A DNA stretch of 64,000 nucleotides from Candidatus Hodarchaeota archaeon (GCA_016839815.1 JAEOTM010000133.1:13339-77338); one strand, 5' to 3'; positions 20,306-31,188 are shown, counted from the stretch's first letter. The notes: generated by a model from the letters alone, not told the origin. Numbers and translations are program-made.

Positions 20306-20920
20306 TTAGTAGATATCAGGAAATTCATCCGTAATGGAAGAATATCCAAGATAGTACATAAACCAAGCTAAAGCAAAACCTACAACAAGAAACAGATTTA
20401 TAGAAGGTGTTTCTGCTAGGCTATATGCACCAAAATCTAATTCCCAATTCTCAAAGATGAGCACGATTATATAAAGCAAATATTCGATACCAGTTCCTAC
20501 TAAGCCGATCTTAAGTCCTATCTTTGTTAATTCAATTTTACGGCTTTTTTCGATGTTAACCTTGTCTATAATTGGTAAAATCAAGAGTGCAGCGGCAACA
20601 ATTTGCGTGACTATCCAGATAAGTCCCCATACTTGGATAAAAATCCAGATCAATCCCACATTTGAATCTAATGCGACTTCAATTAAGTTTTTGGATCCAC
20701 TACCAGACTGTGAACTATATTCCATAATATTCCAATAAAAATCCACTCGTTGATTAACAGTGGAGCCACCCTGGTAGCGAGAAAAATTGATAAAACCACC
20801 AAAATATTGAAGAATAGGAAGAATTATTCCCAGAATTACAAAGACTCCAGTGGTAAAAATCATCCATGCAACATTCGACTCCCCATCAAGTTCATTACTA
20901 CTCAGTTTACCAGCTTCCAT
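20306..20920 (-). CDS. Hypothetical four-TM membrane protein
   Basis: 204 aa ORF with four hydrophobic segments, ending 2 bp before the amidohydrolase start. Confidence 0.65.
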   Translation of the reverse strand: MEAGKLSSNELDGESNVAWMIFTTGVFVILGIILPILQYFGGFINFSRYQGGSTVNQRVDFYWNIMEYSSQSGSGSKNLIEVALDSNVGLIWIFIQVWGLIWIVTQIVAAALLILPIIDKVNIEKSRKIELTKIGLKIGLVGTGIEYLLYIIVLIFENWELDFGAYSLAETPSINLFLVVGFALAWFMYYLGYSSITDEFPDIY

Positions 20921-21162
20921 TTCTAACCCACCATAGTATACGATTTTAAATTATTATCAAGAGCTAAATTTTCATCTTAATCTACATATAATTAAGAATA
21001 CTGGTTAATGCACAATTTTGGCCCTCTTAACAGTCGAAAATAATAAACTATTGTGTGTACAGAAAAAAGATAAAGCGAGGAGAAAAATAATCATTCAAAT
21101 CCGATTTCGTTTTCAGATTCAATGAGTAAAATAAATACGCATTTACAAGGAGAATTTAAGAA

Positions 21163-23343
21163 ATGACACTCCTCACAGAGTTAAAATATGAATTACGTCC
21201 TGTTGAAAAAGGTTACGCAAATAGAACATTGTATGTTAACCTCTCGACGAATGAAATTAGTATCAAACCAGTCACCGAAGAGATGAAGCAGAAATTCATC
21301 GGTGGAAAAGGTTTTGATTTGTATCGCATGTGGCATGGATTACCCAAGGATCGGCCAGTAAAGTGGGATGATCCAGAAAATGAAATATGCATAAGTTCAG
21401 GGCCATTAGGAGGAAGTACATATTACCCAGGTTCTGGAAAGTCAATCGTAACCACAATCTCCCCCTTAACTGGTATAGTCATAGATTCTAATGTGGGAGG
21501 ATATTTCGGCCCATATATTAAATTCAGTGGTTTTGACGGATTAGAAATTCAAGGTAAAGCGGAAAAAGAAGTCGTTCTATTTATCAATGGAGATGAGGGA
21601 AGAGTAACTCTTGAAGAAGCTCAAAATCTGCCCAAAGAAAGTCATATCTTGACACAACAGTTAACTGAAAAATATGCAGTAGATTCAACAGAGAGGGAAA
21701 AAATCCGGGTTTCAGTGGTATCTACAGGTGAAGCTGCAAAACATACCAAGATGAGTTGTCTAAATTTTTCGTGGTACAATAAAAAACGTGAATGGGCATC
21801 CTCAAAACAAGCGGGAAGAGGGGGTATTGGAACTGTTTTCGCTGATAAGAAATTAAAAGCACTAGTTTGCAGATCTCCAAGAGTAAATGCAAAAATTAAC
21901 AACCCAGCGGGACCAGAAGGGAAAAATGCTGGAAAACAGCATAATCTTGAAATCATTGAAAATGACCCCAAACAAAATGAAATGCGTATAGTAGGAACTG
22001 GCCATCTTCCGGAAATTATGCATGAATTTGATTTATTACCGACGGAAAATTTCAGATTTGGTGGCCATCAAACTTTAAGTGGAGAAGATTTTCCGTATAC
22101 TCGTGAGGTTTGGCGTAAGATTTACACAAATACAGGAACAGGGGCAGATGGTTGTTGGATTGGATGTACAATCGCCTGTAGTCATATCTCAAAAGGACAT
22201 GTTGTCCTCACAGGCCCCTTTAAAGGACAAGAGGTTTATGTGGATGGACCTGAATATGAGACCATTGCTGGATGTGGATCGAATTGGGGAGTATGGGATC
22301 CAAAAATTGTCCTTGAAGCGAATTTTTACTGTGATACTTATGGTCTAGATACGATTTCGATTGGTACAGGAATAGCATTTGTAATGGAATGCTTTGAAGC
22401 TGGAATTCTTAACACAGACATCACAGGTGGGTTAGAACTAAACTTTGGAAGCGGATTAGCTGCCATGGAACTGATCCATCAGATGGCTCGTGGAGAAGGT
22501 TTCGGAGTTATTGTTGGACAGGGGATTCGTTCTATGAAGGAACATTTTACTAAAGAGTATGGAGCCGATCCTCAATTTCTACAGGACATAGGAATGGAAC
22601 ACAAGGGCTTAGAGTTCTCTGAATACGTCACAAAAGAATCTGTGGCCCAACAAGGAGGATATGGATTTGCATTGAAAGGACCACAACACGACGAGGCCTG
22701 GCTTATCTTTGAAGACCAAGTACGAAAGAATTTACCGACTTTTGAAGACAAAGCTGAGGCCTTGGCATGGTTCCCCTATTGGAGAACTTGGTTCGGGTTA
22801 AACGGACTCTGTAAACTGCCGTGGAACGATGTAATTCCTCCAGACAATAATGAGAATCCACAAAAGCCATTAAAACTAGCTGATGCGCGTGCTAAAGTTC
22901 CCAAGCATGTTCAATGGTATGCAGAATATTTTAGCGGTGTAACCGGTATTCAATCTACTCCAGATGATCTCATCAAAATGTCTGAACGTGTTTATAATTT
23001 TCAGAGGATTTTCAACGTACGTCAAGGCAAAGGTTTAAAGGAACACGACTCTAATTTCCCATACCGAGCTATGGGCCCAGTTTCAGTATTAGAATATGAG
23101 AGTAGAACAGCGAGGTATGACACTCAAATAAAAGAGGAAGTTGGTTTAGATCCTTCGCAGTGGAGTACAGAAGAGAAAATCAAAGTTCTGCGTGAGTATC
23201 GAGAAAAACAATATTCAGAACTTCAAAAGAAAGTGTATGAACGAAGAGGATGGACTGCAAAAGGTTGTCCCAGCATTGAGAAGGTGAAAGAACTTGGAAT
23301 TGACTTTGATGATGTGCTACAGGTTATCACACCTTATCAATGA
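21163..23343 (+). CDS. aor: Tungsten-dependent aldehyde:ferredoxin oxidoreductase family protein
   Basis: SPLTG...SNVGG, AGRGGIGTVFADKKLKA, CxxxCxxxC, GPEYET, CDTYGLDTIS, GLCKLP and RGW motifs. Confidence 0.9.
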   Translation: MTLLTELKYELRPVEKGYANRTLYVNLSTNEISIKPVTEEMKQKFIGGKGFDLYRMWHGLPKDRPVKWDDPENEICISSGPLGGSTYYPGSGKSIVTTISPLTGIVIDSNVGGYFGPYIKFSGFDGLEIQGKAEKEVVLFINGDEGRVTLEEAQNLPKESHILTQQLTEKYAVDSTEREKIRVSVVSTGEAAKHTKMSCLNFSWYNKKREWASSKQAGRGGIGTVFADKKLKALVCRSPRVNAKINNPAGPEGKNAGKQHNLEIIENDPKQNEMRIVGTGHLPEIMHEFDLLPTENFRFGGHQTLSGEDFPYTREVWRKIYTNTGTGADGCWIGCTIACSHISKGHVVLTGPFKGQEVYVDGPEYETIAGCGSNWGVWDPKIVLEANFYCDTYGLDTISIGTGIAFVMECFEAGILNTDITGGLELNFGSGLAAMELIHQMARGEGFGVIVGQGIRSMKEHFTKEYGADPQFLQDIGMEHKGLEFSEYVTKESVAQQGGYGFALKGPQHDEAWLIFEDQVRKNLPTFEDKAEALAWFPYWRTWFGLNGLCKLPWNDVIPPDNNENPQKPLKLADARAKVPKHVQWYAEYFSGVTGIQSTPDDLIKMSERVYNFQRIFNVRQGKGLKEHDSNFPYRAMGPVSVLEYESRTARYDTQIKEEVGLDPSQWSTEEKIKVLREYREKQYSELQKKVYERRGWTAKGCPSIEKVKELGIDFDDVLQVITPYQ

Positions 23344-23390
23344 TACATTACTCCATTTTAAAAAGATAAAACCAAGAAGGCATTAGAAGA

Positions 23391-24455
23391 ATGACTTACA
23401 AAGCAAATGAAGAATTTTTAGAAAAATTGATCACGACTCCTCGCGCAACGGGATATGAATTCTCAGCTCAAGGAGTAATAAAAGAGTATCTTGAAGACAA
23501 AGTAGATAAAGTCTATGGCGACCGTGTTGGGAACCTATATGCAGTTGTTAATCCTGATAAACCGTTTAAAGTAATGTTAGCGGGTCATATTGACCAAATT
23601 GGCTTTCAAATCAGTCATATTGATAAGAAGGGGTTTCTTTGGTTTCTCCCTCTTGGGGGTTTTGACACATCTACATTACCAGGCAAACGAGTAAAAATGT
23701 TTTCGAAAGGGAAATTCATTCCTGGAGTAATTGGCAAAAAACCTATTCACTTAACAAAACCAGAAGAACGAAAAAAAGCACCTGAAATGGAGAAGCTATT
23801 CATCGATTGTGGCTTTCAATCGAAGGAAGAAGCCCAAGAAAAAGTCGATATAGGTGATTTTGCTGTTTTTGATTATGGTTATCAACGTCTTGGAGAGCAT
23901 AGATATGCTGTTGCAAGTGGTTTTGACGATGCCATTGGGTCGTTCATAGTTGCAGAAATTATGAAAGAACTCTCAAAAGACAAAGATTTCTATGCTAGTG
24001 TTCACGGAGTAAGTACTGTACAAGAAGAAATCGGTCTTCGTGGTGCAGTAGTTGCCTCCAGAAACCTTAAACCTGATGTCGGTATTGCTTTTGATGTTGG
24101 ATTTGCATCCGATAATCCTGAAATCAAGAAGAAACAAGTAGGTGATACGAAACTAGGTGGAGGTCCTATTGTCTGTGTGGGCCCAAATTTTAATCCTGTC
24201 CTTTTTCAACGAATTCTCAAGGTTGCAGAAGAAAATGAAATATCTGTTCAACGAATCGCACTTAACAGAGGAACGGGTACTGATGCAAACGCCATTCAAC
24301 TCTCAGGTGCTGCAACAGCATTAATTTCAATTCCAAATAGATATATGCATACTGCCAGTGAAATCATCAGTCTTGATGATGTTGAGAACATTGTGAAACT
24401 TGTGGTTCAGCTTATAAAGTCAATAACCGCAGAAGATACATTCATTCCCTTCTAG
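23391..24455 (+). CDS. M42 family metallo-aminopeptidase (TET-like)
   Basis: AGHIDQIG, FDD, VQEEIGLRGA, GTDA and RYMHT motifs. Confidence 0.9.
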   Translation: MTYKANEEFLEKLITTPRATGYEFSAQGVIKEYLEDKVDKVYGDRVGNLYAVVNPDKPFKVMLAGHIDQIGFQISHIDKKGFLWFLPLGGFDTSTLPGKRVKMFSKGKFIPGVIGKKPIHLTKPEERKKAPEMEKLFIDCGFQSKEEAQEKVDIGDFAVFDYGYQRLGEHRYAVASGFDDAIGSFIVAEIMKELSKDKDFYASVHGVSTVQEEIGLRGAVVASRNLKPDVGIAFDVGFASDNPEIKKKQVGDTKLGGGPIVCVGPNFNPVLFQRILKVAEENEISVQRIALNRGTGTDANAIQLSGAATALISIPNRYMHTASEIISLDDVENIVKLVVQLIKSITAEDTFIPF

Positions 24456-24556
24456 TATCTTCCTATTTCTTTTTCACCTTCCGTGAAGAGAGATTAAATT
24501 TTGCAATTATTGGATGGATCTTTGTCAAGGAAGGGATTTCTAACTGAAGTCTCAAA

Positions 24557-24970
24557 TTATAAATTTCCTAGTTTGGTTGGAGCTTCCGATTTTTCAATAT
24601 TCCCAAATCCTTTCCCATCAGAGCAGTATTCTGGACGTGGAGGACTGAAAACGTCTAGAATCACTGCTGACATTTCAGAAGTCCGTAAACTATGTTGAAC
24701 ATTACTTGGGGTGATCCAAAAGTCACCCATTTGCATTTCAAACTCCTGTCCATCTTGAGTTCGAGTACATTTACCTTCTAATAATATTCCCCATTGTTCC
24801 TCTGGATGCTGGTGGCTTTCTCCTTCGGAAAATGGATCAAGCTGGACAAATGAAAGCATAGAATTGGTACCAACAAAAATTTTGGCTGTGATACCTTCTC
24901 GTAACTGTCTAACGATTGCTCTTTCGTCTTTATACCGATTAAATATCCAGTTCACTATCGTTTTATCCAT
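24557..24970 (-). CDS. Cupin domain protein
   Basis: HQHPEEQWG, PSNVQH and DVFSPPRPEY motifs. Confidence 0.85.
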   Translation of the reverse strand: MDKTIVNWIFNRYKDERAIVRQLREGITAKIFVGTNSMLSFVQLDPFSEGESHQHPEEQWGILLEGKCTRTQDGQEFEMQMGDFWITPSNVQHSLRTSEMSAVILDVFSPPRPEYCSDGKGFGNIEKSEAPTKLGNL

Positions 24971-25057
24971 AGGGCCAAGAATTCATAACAAGTTTATTCC
25001 TTTTTAGTATCTTCAATCATTTCCTTTTTTAACCTAATATGAAAAAGTACATTTCTT

Positions 25058-25954
25058 ATGAGTACAACGCGAAAATTTGGAATCATCACCCTTCAACAAC
25101 TTCCTTGGAATGAGACAATCAAAGTATGGAAGAAAATTGAATCATTAGGATTTGATAGTGTCTGGATTGCGGATCACTTTGTAAATTATAATGATCCTAC
25201 TGGTGATTGGTTTGATTGCTGGTCACTTCTGGCAGGATTGAGTGGATTCACAAAAACCATTAGAATCGGCTCATTGGTAAGTCCATTACCATTGCATCAT
25301 CCAGCTCAATTAGTACGAAAAGCTACTACAGTTGATCATATTTCAAATGGTCGGTTGGAAATTGGTATCGGAACTGGTATTCCAGGTGATAAAGGGGAGC
25401 TTGTTTATGATATGATAAATATGGAAGATTGGTCTCCTCCAGAACGAGTAGCTAGGTTTGAAGAAGCCATACAGATCATAGACAGATGCCTAAGACAACC
25501 AATAACATCCTTTGACGGGAAATACTACAAAATTCAAAACAATCCTACCTCTCCTCTTCCAATTCAAAAACCTCGACCCCCAATTACGGTTGGAGCGATG
25601 GGAAAATCAATGATGAGACTTGCGATCCGTTACGCGGACACATGGAGCTCCTATGGCGGCCCATGGGGCCTAGGTCCTGATGAAATGTTTGAAGCAACAA
25701 AAAACAGGGTTGAATTTGTTGAATCATATTGTAAGCAGATTAATCGGGATCCAACCACTCTTAAAAAGTCAATATTAGTCTATGGAAGTGATGCACAGAG
25801 AATATTTGCATCTGAAGAGAATTTCAAGGAGATCATCACGAAGTATAGCTCTATCGGCTTTGATGAATTTATATGTTACTATCCCTCTCTCGATCCCTCC
25901 CAACTCAAGTCTTTTGAGACAATTGCTACCGAGATTATTCCCGAATACCGATAA
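25058..25954 (+). CDS. LLM-class (luciferase-like) flavin/F420-dependent oxidoreductase
   Basis: GFDSVWIADHF, TIRIGSLVS, DHISNGRLEIGIG and PIQKPRPPI motifs. Confidence 0.87.
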   Translation: MSTTRKFGIITLQQLPWNETIKVWKKIESLGFDSVWIADHFVNYNDPTGDWFDCWSLLAGLSGFTKTIRIGSLVSPLPLHHPAQLVRKATTVDHISNGRLEIGIGTGIPGDKGELVYDMINMEDWSPPERVARFEEAIQIIDRCLRQPITSFDGKYYKIQNNPTSPLPIQKPRPPITVGAMGKSMMRLAIRYADTWSSYGGPWGLGPDEMFEATKNRVEFVESYCKQINRDPTTLKKSILVYGSDAQRIFASEENFKEIITKYSSIGFDEFICYYPSLDPSQLKSFETIATEIIPEYR

Positions 25955-26150
25955 TAGCTTTTAAGCACCTTATTGGTAATAAAGAAAAACTTCTGAGAAG
26001 AAACGAAAATCATAGTTCTTCATCTCAGCAATCTACAATTGTTAAACCTAACTTCTTACCTTTAACCATAGAAAGATATTTTTGTAGATTATTTCTATTT
26101 TAAGATTAAATTTAGTGTATTTTCGTAAATTAAGAACGGACGTATTAGTA

Positions 26151-27425
26151 ATGACGAAATCAAAAGTATTTTATGTCAATACAGATGAAATAACTATGGG
26201 AGACTCTCTTATTGATCGCTTTGAACACTTGTGGGGAGAGGTAGGATTATCTGATTGGATTAAAAATGGAGAAATTGTTGCCATAAAAACCCATTTCGGT
26301 GCACGCAACCAAACTCGACATCTAAGGCCAATGTACATCAGAAAAGCTGTAGATCTGGTCAGAAAAGCAGGTGGAACTCCTTGGGTATGCGAAGGTGTCG
26401 GAATTGGTTGGGAATGGAACAATCCAGAAATGGCTATGAGTATAGGTCCAGGTTTTGTATACCTAGCAAATCGTCATGGAATTAGTACGGGGACTATGAA
26501 TGCTCCTGTAGTCATGGATGACGGGATTGCGGGAACAGAAGTAATCCATGTACATAATGAGAAAGGAAAACATATCCAAAAAGTTGCGCTAGCACTCGGA
26601 CTTCGTGTTGTGGATAAAGTAATTATTTTATCTCGTTTTAAAGGTCACGATGGGGCGGGTTTTGGAGGTGCATTGAAACAGCTAGGTATCGGGTGTGTAG
26701 GCAAAGAAGGAAAAGGAGGCGCTCATTTTGGTGGAGGAAAGAATATCTATGCAAAAAATCCTGAGAATTGCACAGGATGTGGGGATTGTCTTCGTGTATG
26801 TCCTTACAACTGCTTATCACTGGATGAAAACAATAAAATTGTCCATGAAGACGAAAAATGCATTGCATGTTTAGCCTGTTTTGATAAATGCCATCACGGA
26901 AAAGATTTGGAGAAAGAACGAGTTTTCGCCTTACGGCGTCGGGTTCCTAGCGTTGAACAAGTCGAGCGAATGATGGATAATGCCGGTGGAACTGTGAAAG
27001 GTATTGGTAAAGAGCATCTAAGGTATTTCAATATCGCTATAGATATCACGAGTCATTGTGACTGTATGTCAGCTGGAGGACATCTCCTAGTCCCAGATCA
27101 AGGAATCTTATTCTCTGATGATCCAATTGCAATTGATCAAGCAAGTGTAGATCTTGTCACACAAGCAAAAGGAGTTCCTATGTCACCAGCTGAAACTGGT
27201 ATGAATTCTCCCAGTGGTCGTATCGAACCTGATGAAAAAGTATTGAATGCTGATGAACAAAAATTGGGCTTATATAGTCGATTTGTAGATCCAGAATCAC
27301 GGCCTATCATTGCAGAAACACAGCTAGCTGCTGCTCATTCTCAAGGAATTGGCTCACGTGAATATGAACTTGTCTTAGTTTCTTCTCCCCAACAAAAAAA
27401 GAGTAAAGAGAAGAAAAAAGTATAA
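26151..27425 (+). CDS. DUF362 domain Fe-S protein with an inserted 2x[4Fe-4S] ferredoxin domain
   Basis: VAIKTHFG, FKGH..AGFGGALKQLGIGC, CxxCxxCxxxCP plus CxxCxxCxxxC, HCDC and DPIAIDQAS motifs. Confidence 0.85.
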   Translation: MTKSKVFYVNTDEITMGDSLIDRFEHLWGEVGLSDWIKNGEIVAIKTHFGARNQTRHLRPMYIRKAVDLVRKAGGTPWVCEGVGIGWEWNNPEMAMSIGPGFVYLANRHGISTGTMNAPVVMDDGIAGTEVIHVHNEKGKHIQKVALALGLRVVDKVIILSRFKGHDGAGFGGALKQLGIGCVGKEGKGGAHFGGGKNIYAKNPENCTGCGDCLRVCPYNCLSLDENNKIVHEDEKCIACLACFDKCHHGKDLEKERVFALRRRVPSVEQVERMMDNAGGTVKGIGKEHLRYFNIAIDITSHCDCMSAGGHLLVPDQGILFSDDPIAIDQASVDLVTQAKGVPMSPAETGMNSPSGRIEPDEKVLNADEQKLGLYSRFVDPESRPIIAETQLAAAHSQGIGSREYELVLVSSPQQKKSKEKKKV

Positions 27426-27441
27426 GTAGGTTAATCAGGTC

Positions 27442-27912
27442 TTATTCAGAGCGAGAAAGATATTCTTTTTTCTTCTTCCCTTCGTGAATCAATGTAAGCA
27501 CTTCCTCCTCAATTTTCCCCTTTTCAACAACTTCACGGAAGAATGTAATCCAATCTTCATCGAGTTCTTGTTGAGTCTGAGAATCCCCATCTCCAATCTC
27601 ACATAGGCGTTCCCACTCCTCATTTTCAAGATTAAAGAGTTTCAATAGGTGAGGAAGCACTCCCTTAATCCAGATTTCTAGAGCGACCTCAGTATGTTCA
27701 ATAGAGAGCATAGTCAGTTTGAAGTAGTGACAGAATTGAAAATAAAGCATTTTTTCAGTTTCAAGTAATTCTGGTTGTTTTAGAGGAGATAAGCTATGGG
27801 GAGTTGTTGTTAAACGCGGTTTTTGCTTGATTCGGTTTCGTGAATCAATTTTTTTGTCTAGTAGCGCAATCTCATCTAATAATGCATCTAATTTCTGTTT
27901 ATCTATGGGCAT
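27442..27912 (-). CDS. Hypothetical protein
   Basis: 156 aa ATG-initiated ORF filling the gap between neighbours; no recognisable family. Confidence 0.6.
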   Translation of the reverse strand: MPIDKQKLDALLDEIALLDKKIDSRNRIKQKPRLTTTPHSLSPLKQPELLETEKMLYFQFCHYFKLTMLSIEHTEVALEIWIKGVLPHLLKLFNLENEEWERLCEIGDGDSQTQQELDEDWITFFREVVEKGKIEEEVLTLIHEGKKKKEYLSRSE

Positions 27913-27963
27913 CGATTATATTTTGAGATTAGATTTGATAAGGTTATTCCTTACGGATGGTTC

Positions 27964-28791
27964 TTAAGGAAGCAAAAAGAGAATTAGCAGGTAATAGTAC
28001 TGTTGAAGAAGTGAAATGATTAGTATTCCACTCATTTCTCGTATTTGAGATTTGTTAAAGACATGTAAATAATACGATATGCTGATTATTTGATAGATTA
28101 TCGTAAATATAACAATTATCTCTGGTGGAATGGAATCGTAAAACTTTGATGCAGGTAATAAGCTAATTAGAAGTAAGAGTCCAATGAAAGTCGTTCCTGG
28201 GAAGAGTAAATGAGACGCTAGGTTGATTTGGGGAATTACGCGGTTAGAAATCGTTAAAAAATACGAGTACACGCCCATCAATCCTATGAAAGTATGGACT
28301 AAACTAATAAGACCAGGTGTAGAAGGTTCATCGGTCAAAAGAATGAAAAAACCAAGGAAACTTAGCTGATGTTGAGCTGCAAGCCAAATTCCTCCAACAA
28401 TATAGATCAGGATCATTATTGGAAGGAAAAATTTCGGAAAAGAATTAATCATAGAGGAAAGTGGAGAATACAGATTCAATAAACGAAAATAACGATCTTC
28501 TTCTAGTGGAGAAAAACTTCCTTTCATGAATTCTGCTGCTTGTGCCCCTAGAGGGGTTATTTCATATAATTTATCTTCTAATTGCTTTATTAATTCCGAT
28601 TGCTCTAAAATACGCATATGATGATAAAAACTTCCAGCTTTGATGTTCAAAACCTTTGAAAGCTCCGAATATCCACCCCATCCATGTTTATATAACTCTA
28701 AAAGTAGTTTCCTTCTAATTGTATGATTAAGAGCTTTTATAACGGACTCATTGATAGTCGATTCTTCTTCAGAGAGGTTGTTGGTATTCAC
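27964..28791 (-). CDS. ArsR-like winged-helix regulator fused to a multi-TM membrane domain
   Basis: KALNHTIRRKLL...YSELSKVL...GSFYHHMRIL...YEITPLG, followed by about 5 hydrophobic helices. Confidence 0.78.
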   Translation of the reverse strand: MNTNNLSEEESTINESVIKALNHTIRRKLLLELYKHGWGGYSELSKVLNIKAGSFYHHMRILEQSELIKQLEDKLYEITPLGAQAAEFMKGSFSPLEEDRYFRLLNLYSPLSSMINSFPKFFLPIMILIYIVGGIWLAAQHQLSFLGFFILLTDEPSTPGLISLVHTFIGLMGVYSYFLTISNRVIPQINLASHLLFPGTTFIGLLLLISLLPASKFYDSIPPEIIVIFTIIYQIISISYYLHVFNKSQIREMSGILIISLLQQYYYLLILFLLP

Positions 28792-28854
28792 TTTGAATCA
28801 CGTTAAAGATACTCAATCTTTCAGAATGAAGCAAATGTTGGCGTATGTTTACTC

Positions 28855-29946
28855 TTACATCTGATTCTTTCTGGAAAGTAACCATGCTGTTGGAACCACA
28901 ATCGTCGTCAGGATTACTACTGGAAGAAGATAAGATTCCTTGGGAAGCGTGAAAATGGACAGAATTTCAGGTATTACATCATCTGGAATGAAAGGAATTA
29001 CTGATTTAGTAATATTTTCAATTCCTATCTTTGGATCGTGAATTATTATTTCACCATGTTCATAAATAAGATAGATCTTTTCATCATCCTCATCATCACT
29101 CTCTACATCACTGCTATACACTGTACGGTTGATCTGATCAATATATGCATATTCTTTCCACGAGAAAAAAGCTGTAAGATTACCTACAGTCATATCTACC
29201 TCGCGTTCTTCAGTAGTACGATTGTGTTCCTCATCTTCTGTTTCGTGGTCGAGTTCAAACTCATTTTCTGCCTCTAATTTCGTGTAAAGAGCAAGTTTCG
29301 AATTTGATTCACTAAATGGGAAATTTTTTATTGCAATATCCAGTTTTAATTCGCTTGGTACAATAGATTCTCCATATACATCGGAAATTTCTTCTACTAT
29401 GTAGAATTGAAGAGAGAAAACACCATCTTGAGATGTGGTGTTAAAGGTGTGAATTATCTCATCAAGGTGATTTTTCCAAGAAGTATTAGTGATTGGTGAG
29501 AAATCTTCATCAAAGTCATACTCAAGGAGTTCTTGGTCGATATCCTCATCATAGATATTATTACTGTTAGTATCTATAAATTCTATCAAAGATTGAAACC
29601 TTATTTCTATGGAAATTTCACTTTCATCAGAATCAGAGTTGGACCTATACTCTACACGGAATTCAGGTTCATCTGATGCCTTGAAGGATATTTCAATTTT
29701 ATCTTCCAGTGTCTCATTTTTACGTTTTGATTGAATCTCGACTTGATATTCATCAACCTCGATCTGCAGCTCTCGTTTATTGAACTCCTCGTAGTCGTCG
29801 TCATCCTCATCTTCATCAAGTGTCCAGGCTGAAATATCTGAAGAAGTCATACTAGCTGTAAACAAGAGTATGAACAGGGAAGAGACCATTAAGACAGAAA
29901 GAAGTGTTGGTCTAGCAACTTTACAAGGTTTGAGATTTGTCAACAT
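28855..29946 (-). CDS. Acidic secreted, membrane-anchored protein (paralog of 30055..31188)
   Basis: Signal peptide, D/E tract, shared core (FIDxNxNxxY, LALYTKLE, FFSW, IIHDPKIG) and a C-terminal TM helix. Confidence 0.78.
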   Translation of the reverse strand: MLTNLKPCKVARPTLLSVLMVSSLFILLFTASMTSSDISAWTLDEDEDDDDYEEFNKRELQIEVDEYQVEIQSKRKNETLEDKIEISFKASDEPEFRVEYRSNSDSDESEISIEIRFQSLIEFIDTNSNNIYDEDIDQELLEYDFDEDFSPITNTSWKNHLDEIIHTFNTTSQDGVFSLQFYIVEEISDVYGESIVPSELKLDIAIKNFPFSESNSKLALYTKLEAENEFELDHETEDEEHNRTTEEREVDMTVGNLTAFFSWKEYAYIDQINRTVYSSDVESDDEDDEKIYLIYEHGEIIIHDPKIGIENITKSVIPFIPDDVIPEILSIFTLPKESYLLPVVILTTIVVPTAWLLSRKNQM

Positions 29947-30033
29947 ATTCTTTCTCTCTCAATATTACTAGTTCTAAAAGCCATTATCATCCTGATACTC
30001 TAAGACGCTTAGGAAACATAGTTATCTCACGGT

Positions 30034-30053
30034 AAAAAAAAGAGTAAAAAAAG
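30034..30053 (-). terminator. T-tract terminator candidate after 30055..31188
   Basis: The + strand reads aaaaaaaagagtaaaaaaag immediately past the stop codon. Confidence 0.5.
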
Positions 30054-30054
30054 A

Positions 30055-31188
30055 TTACCGTCGACGACGGTAACCAATTAATGCAGTGGTAATTAAGAAT
30101 GCGAAAACTACAATAAGGGATTCAAATCCAGGAACATCAATTGAAGCAATGTCCATTGAGAGTATTCCAGCAACTCCAACCTTCGGATCATGGATAATTT
30201 CGCTTCCATGAGGATAATTTAGGTAAATTTTCTGTTCATTAGAATCAAGATCGTCATTTTCAACAGGACTTGATAAAACATTAAGCGATTGGCCATCTAC
30301 GACCACCACTTCACTCCATGAGAAGAATCCAACAAAACCACTCATCTCAACTTCTACTTCTTCTTCATCAGAAGCCAGACCTTCAGTTTCATCCTCTGTA
30401 TCGGCATCATATTCATATTCAGCTTCACTCTCAAGTTTAGTATAGAGAGCAAGAAGAGAACTTTCATTCATGTAGGGGAAGTCGTGGATCCCAATATCGA
30501 TCTTTACCTCTGTTGGTGCAACCAACGAGCCATTAACTGGAGTAAACTCTCCTGCAACATAGAATTGGAGTGTAAATAGTCCATCATCAGTTGAAGACTT
30601 GAATAGATGAACGGTTGTATTAGATACTGATGAAGTTGAATATTCGATTAGCAGGAAGTTCATATCTTCAAAATTAAGTGTTTGAAGTTTTTCGTCGATC
30701 GACTTATTATAAACTCCATTTGAATCGACATCAATATATTCTGTGATACTCTTGAATTTGATAGTAAATTCTAATTCGGTTTCAGTATCACCCGCTTCAG
30801 ATTCATACTCTAATTTAAATTTTGGATTATCATCAACCGTGAACTTCACTTTGATTTCATCCTTATTCTCCCCAGATTTTAATCGAGTTTTTATCTGAAC
30901 TGAATAATCTTCAACTTCGATCTCAACATCGCGTTCGTTTTTCTCTTCAATCTCATCTTCAACCTCATCATCATCAGAGTCTTCATCTTTCTCTTCATCC
31001 TCTTCATCTTCATGTTCAGTTTCAGAGGTTTCAGCTTCACTGAGATCATCAGTATCATCATCTTCGGCAGCTATCATCCCTGAAAATCCTGTAGTGGGAA
31101 GAATGGCTGCGAATGCAATCCCTACTAAAAGGGATATTGCTAATAAGGCAAAAATATGCCTTTTCAAATAACTTAGATTTGTTATCAT
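30055..31188 (-). CDS. Acidic surface protein with PGF-CTERM sorting signal
   Basis: Signal peptide, long D/E tract, same core as its neighbour, ends in VPGF + TM helix + RRRR. Confidence 0.8.
   Translation of the reverse strand: MITNLSYLKRHIFALLAISLLVGIAFAAILPTTGFSGMIAAEDDDTDDLSEAETSETEHEDEEDEEKDEDSDDDEVEDEIEEKNERDVEIEVEDYSVQIKTRLKSGENKDEIKVKFTVDDNPKFKLEYESEAGDTETELEFTIKFKSITEYIDVDSNGVYNKSIDEKLQTLNFEDMNFLLIEYSTSSVSNTTVHLFKSSTDDGLFTLQFYVAGEFTPVNGSLVAPTEVKIDIGIHDFPYMNESSLLALYTKLESEAEYEYDADTEDETEGLASDEEEVEVEMSGFVGFFSWSEVVVVDGQSLNVLSSPVENDDLDSNEQKIYLNYPHGSEIIHDPKVGVAGILSMDIASIDVPGFESLIVVFAFLITTALIGYRRRR

Noticed and set aside
20306-20920. Four-TM topology with a beta-rich first loop reminiscent of claudin-like proteins
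   Set aside because: No W-GLW-C-C signature; topology alone is not enough.
30930-31065. Low-complexity (TCA/TCT)n DNA
   Set aside because: It simply encodes the Asp/Glu tract of the surface protein.
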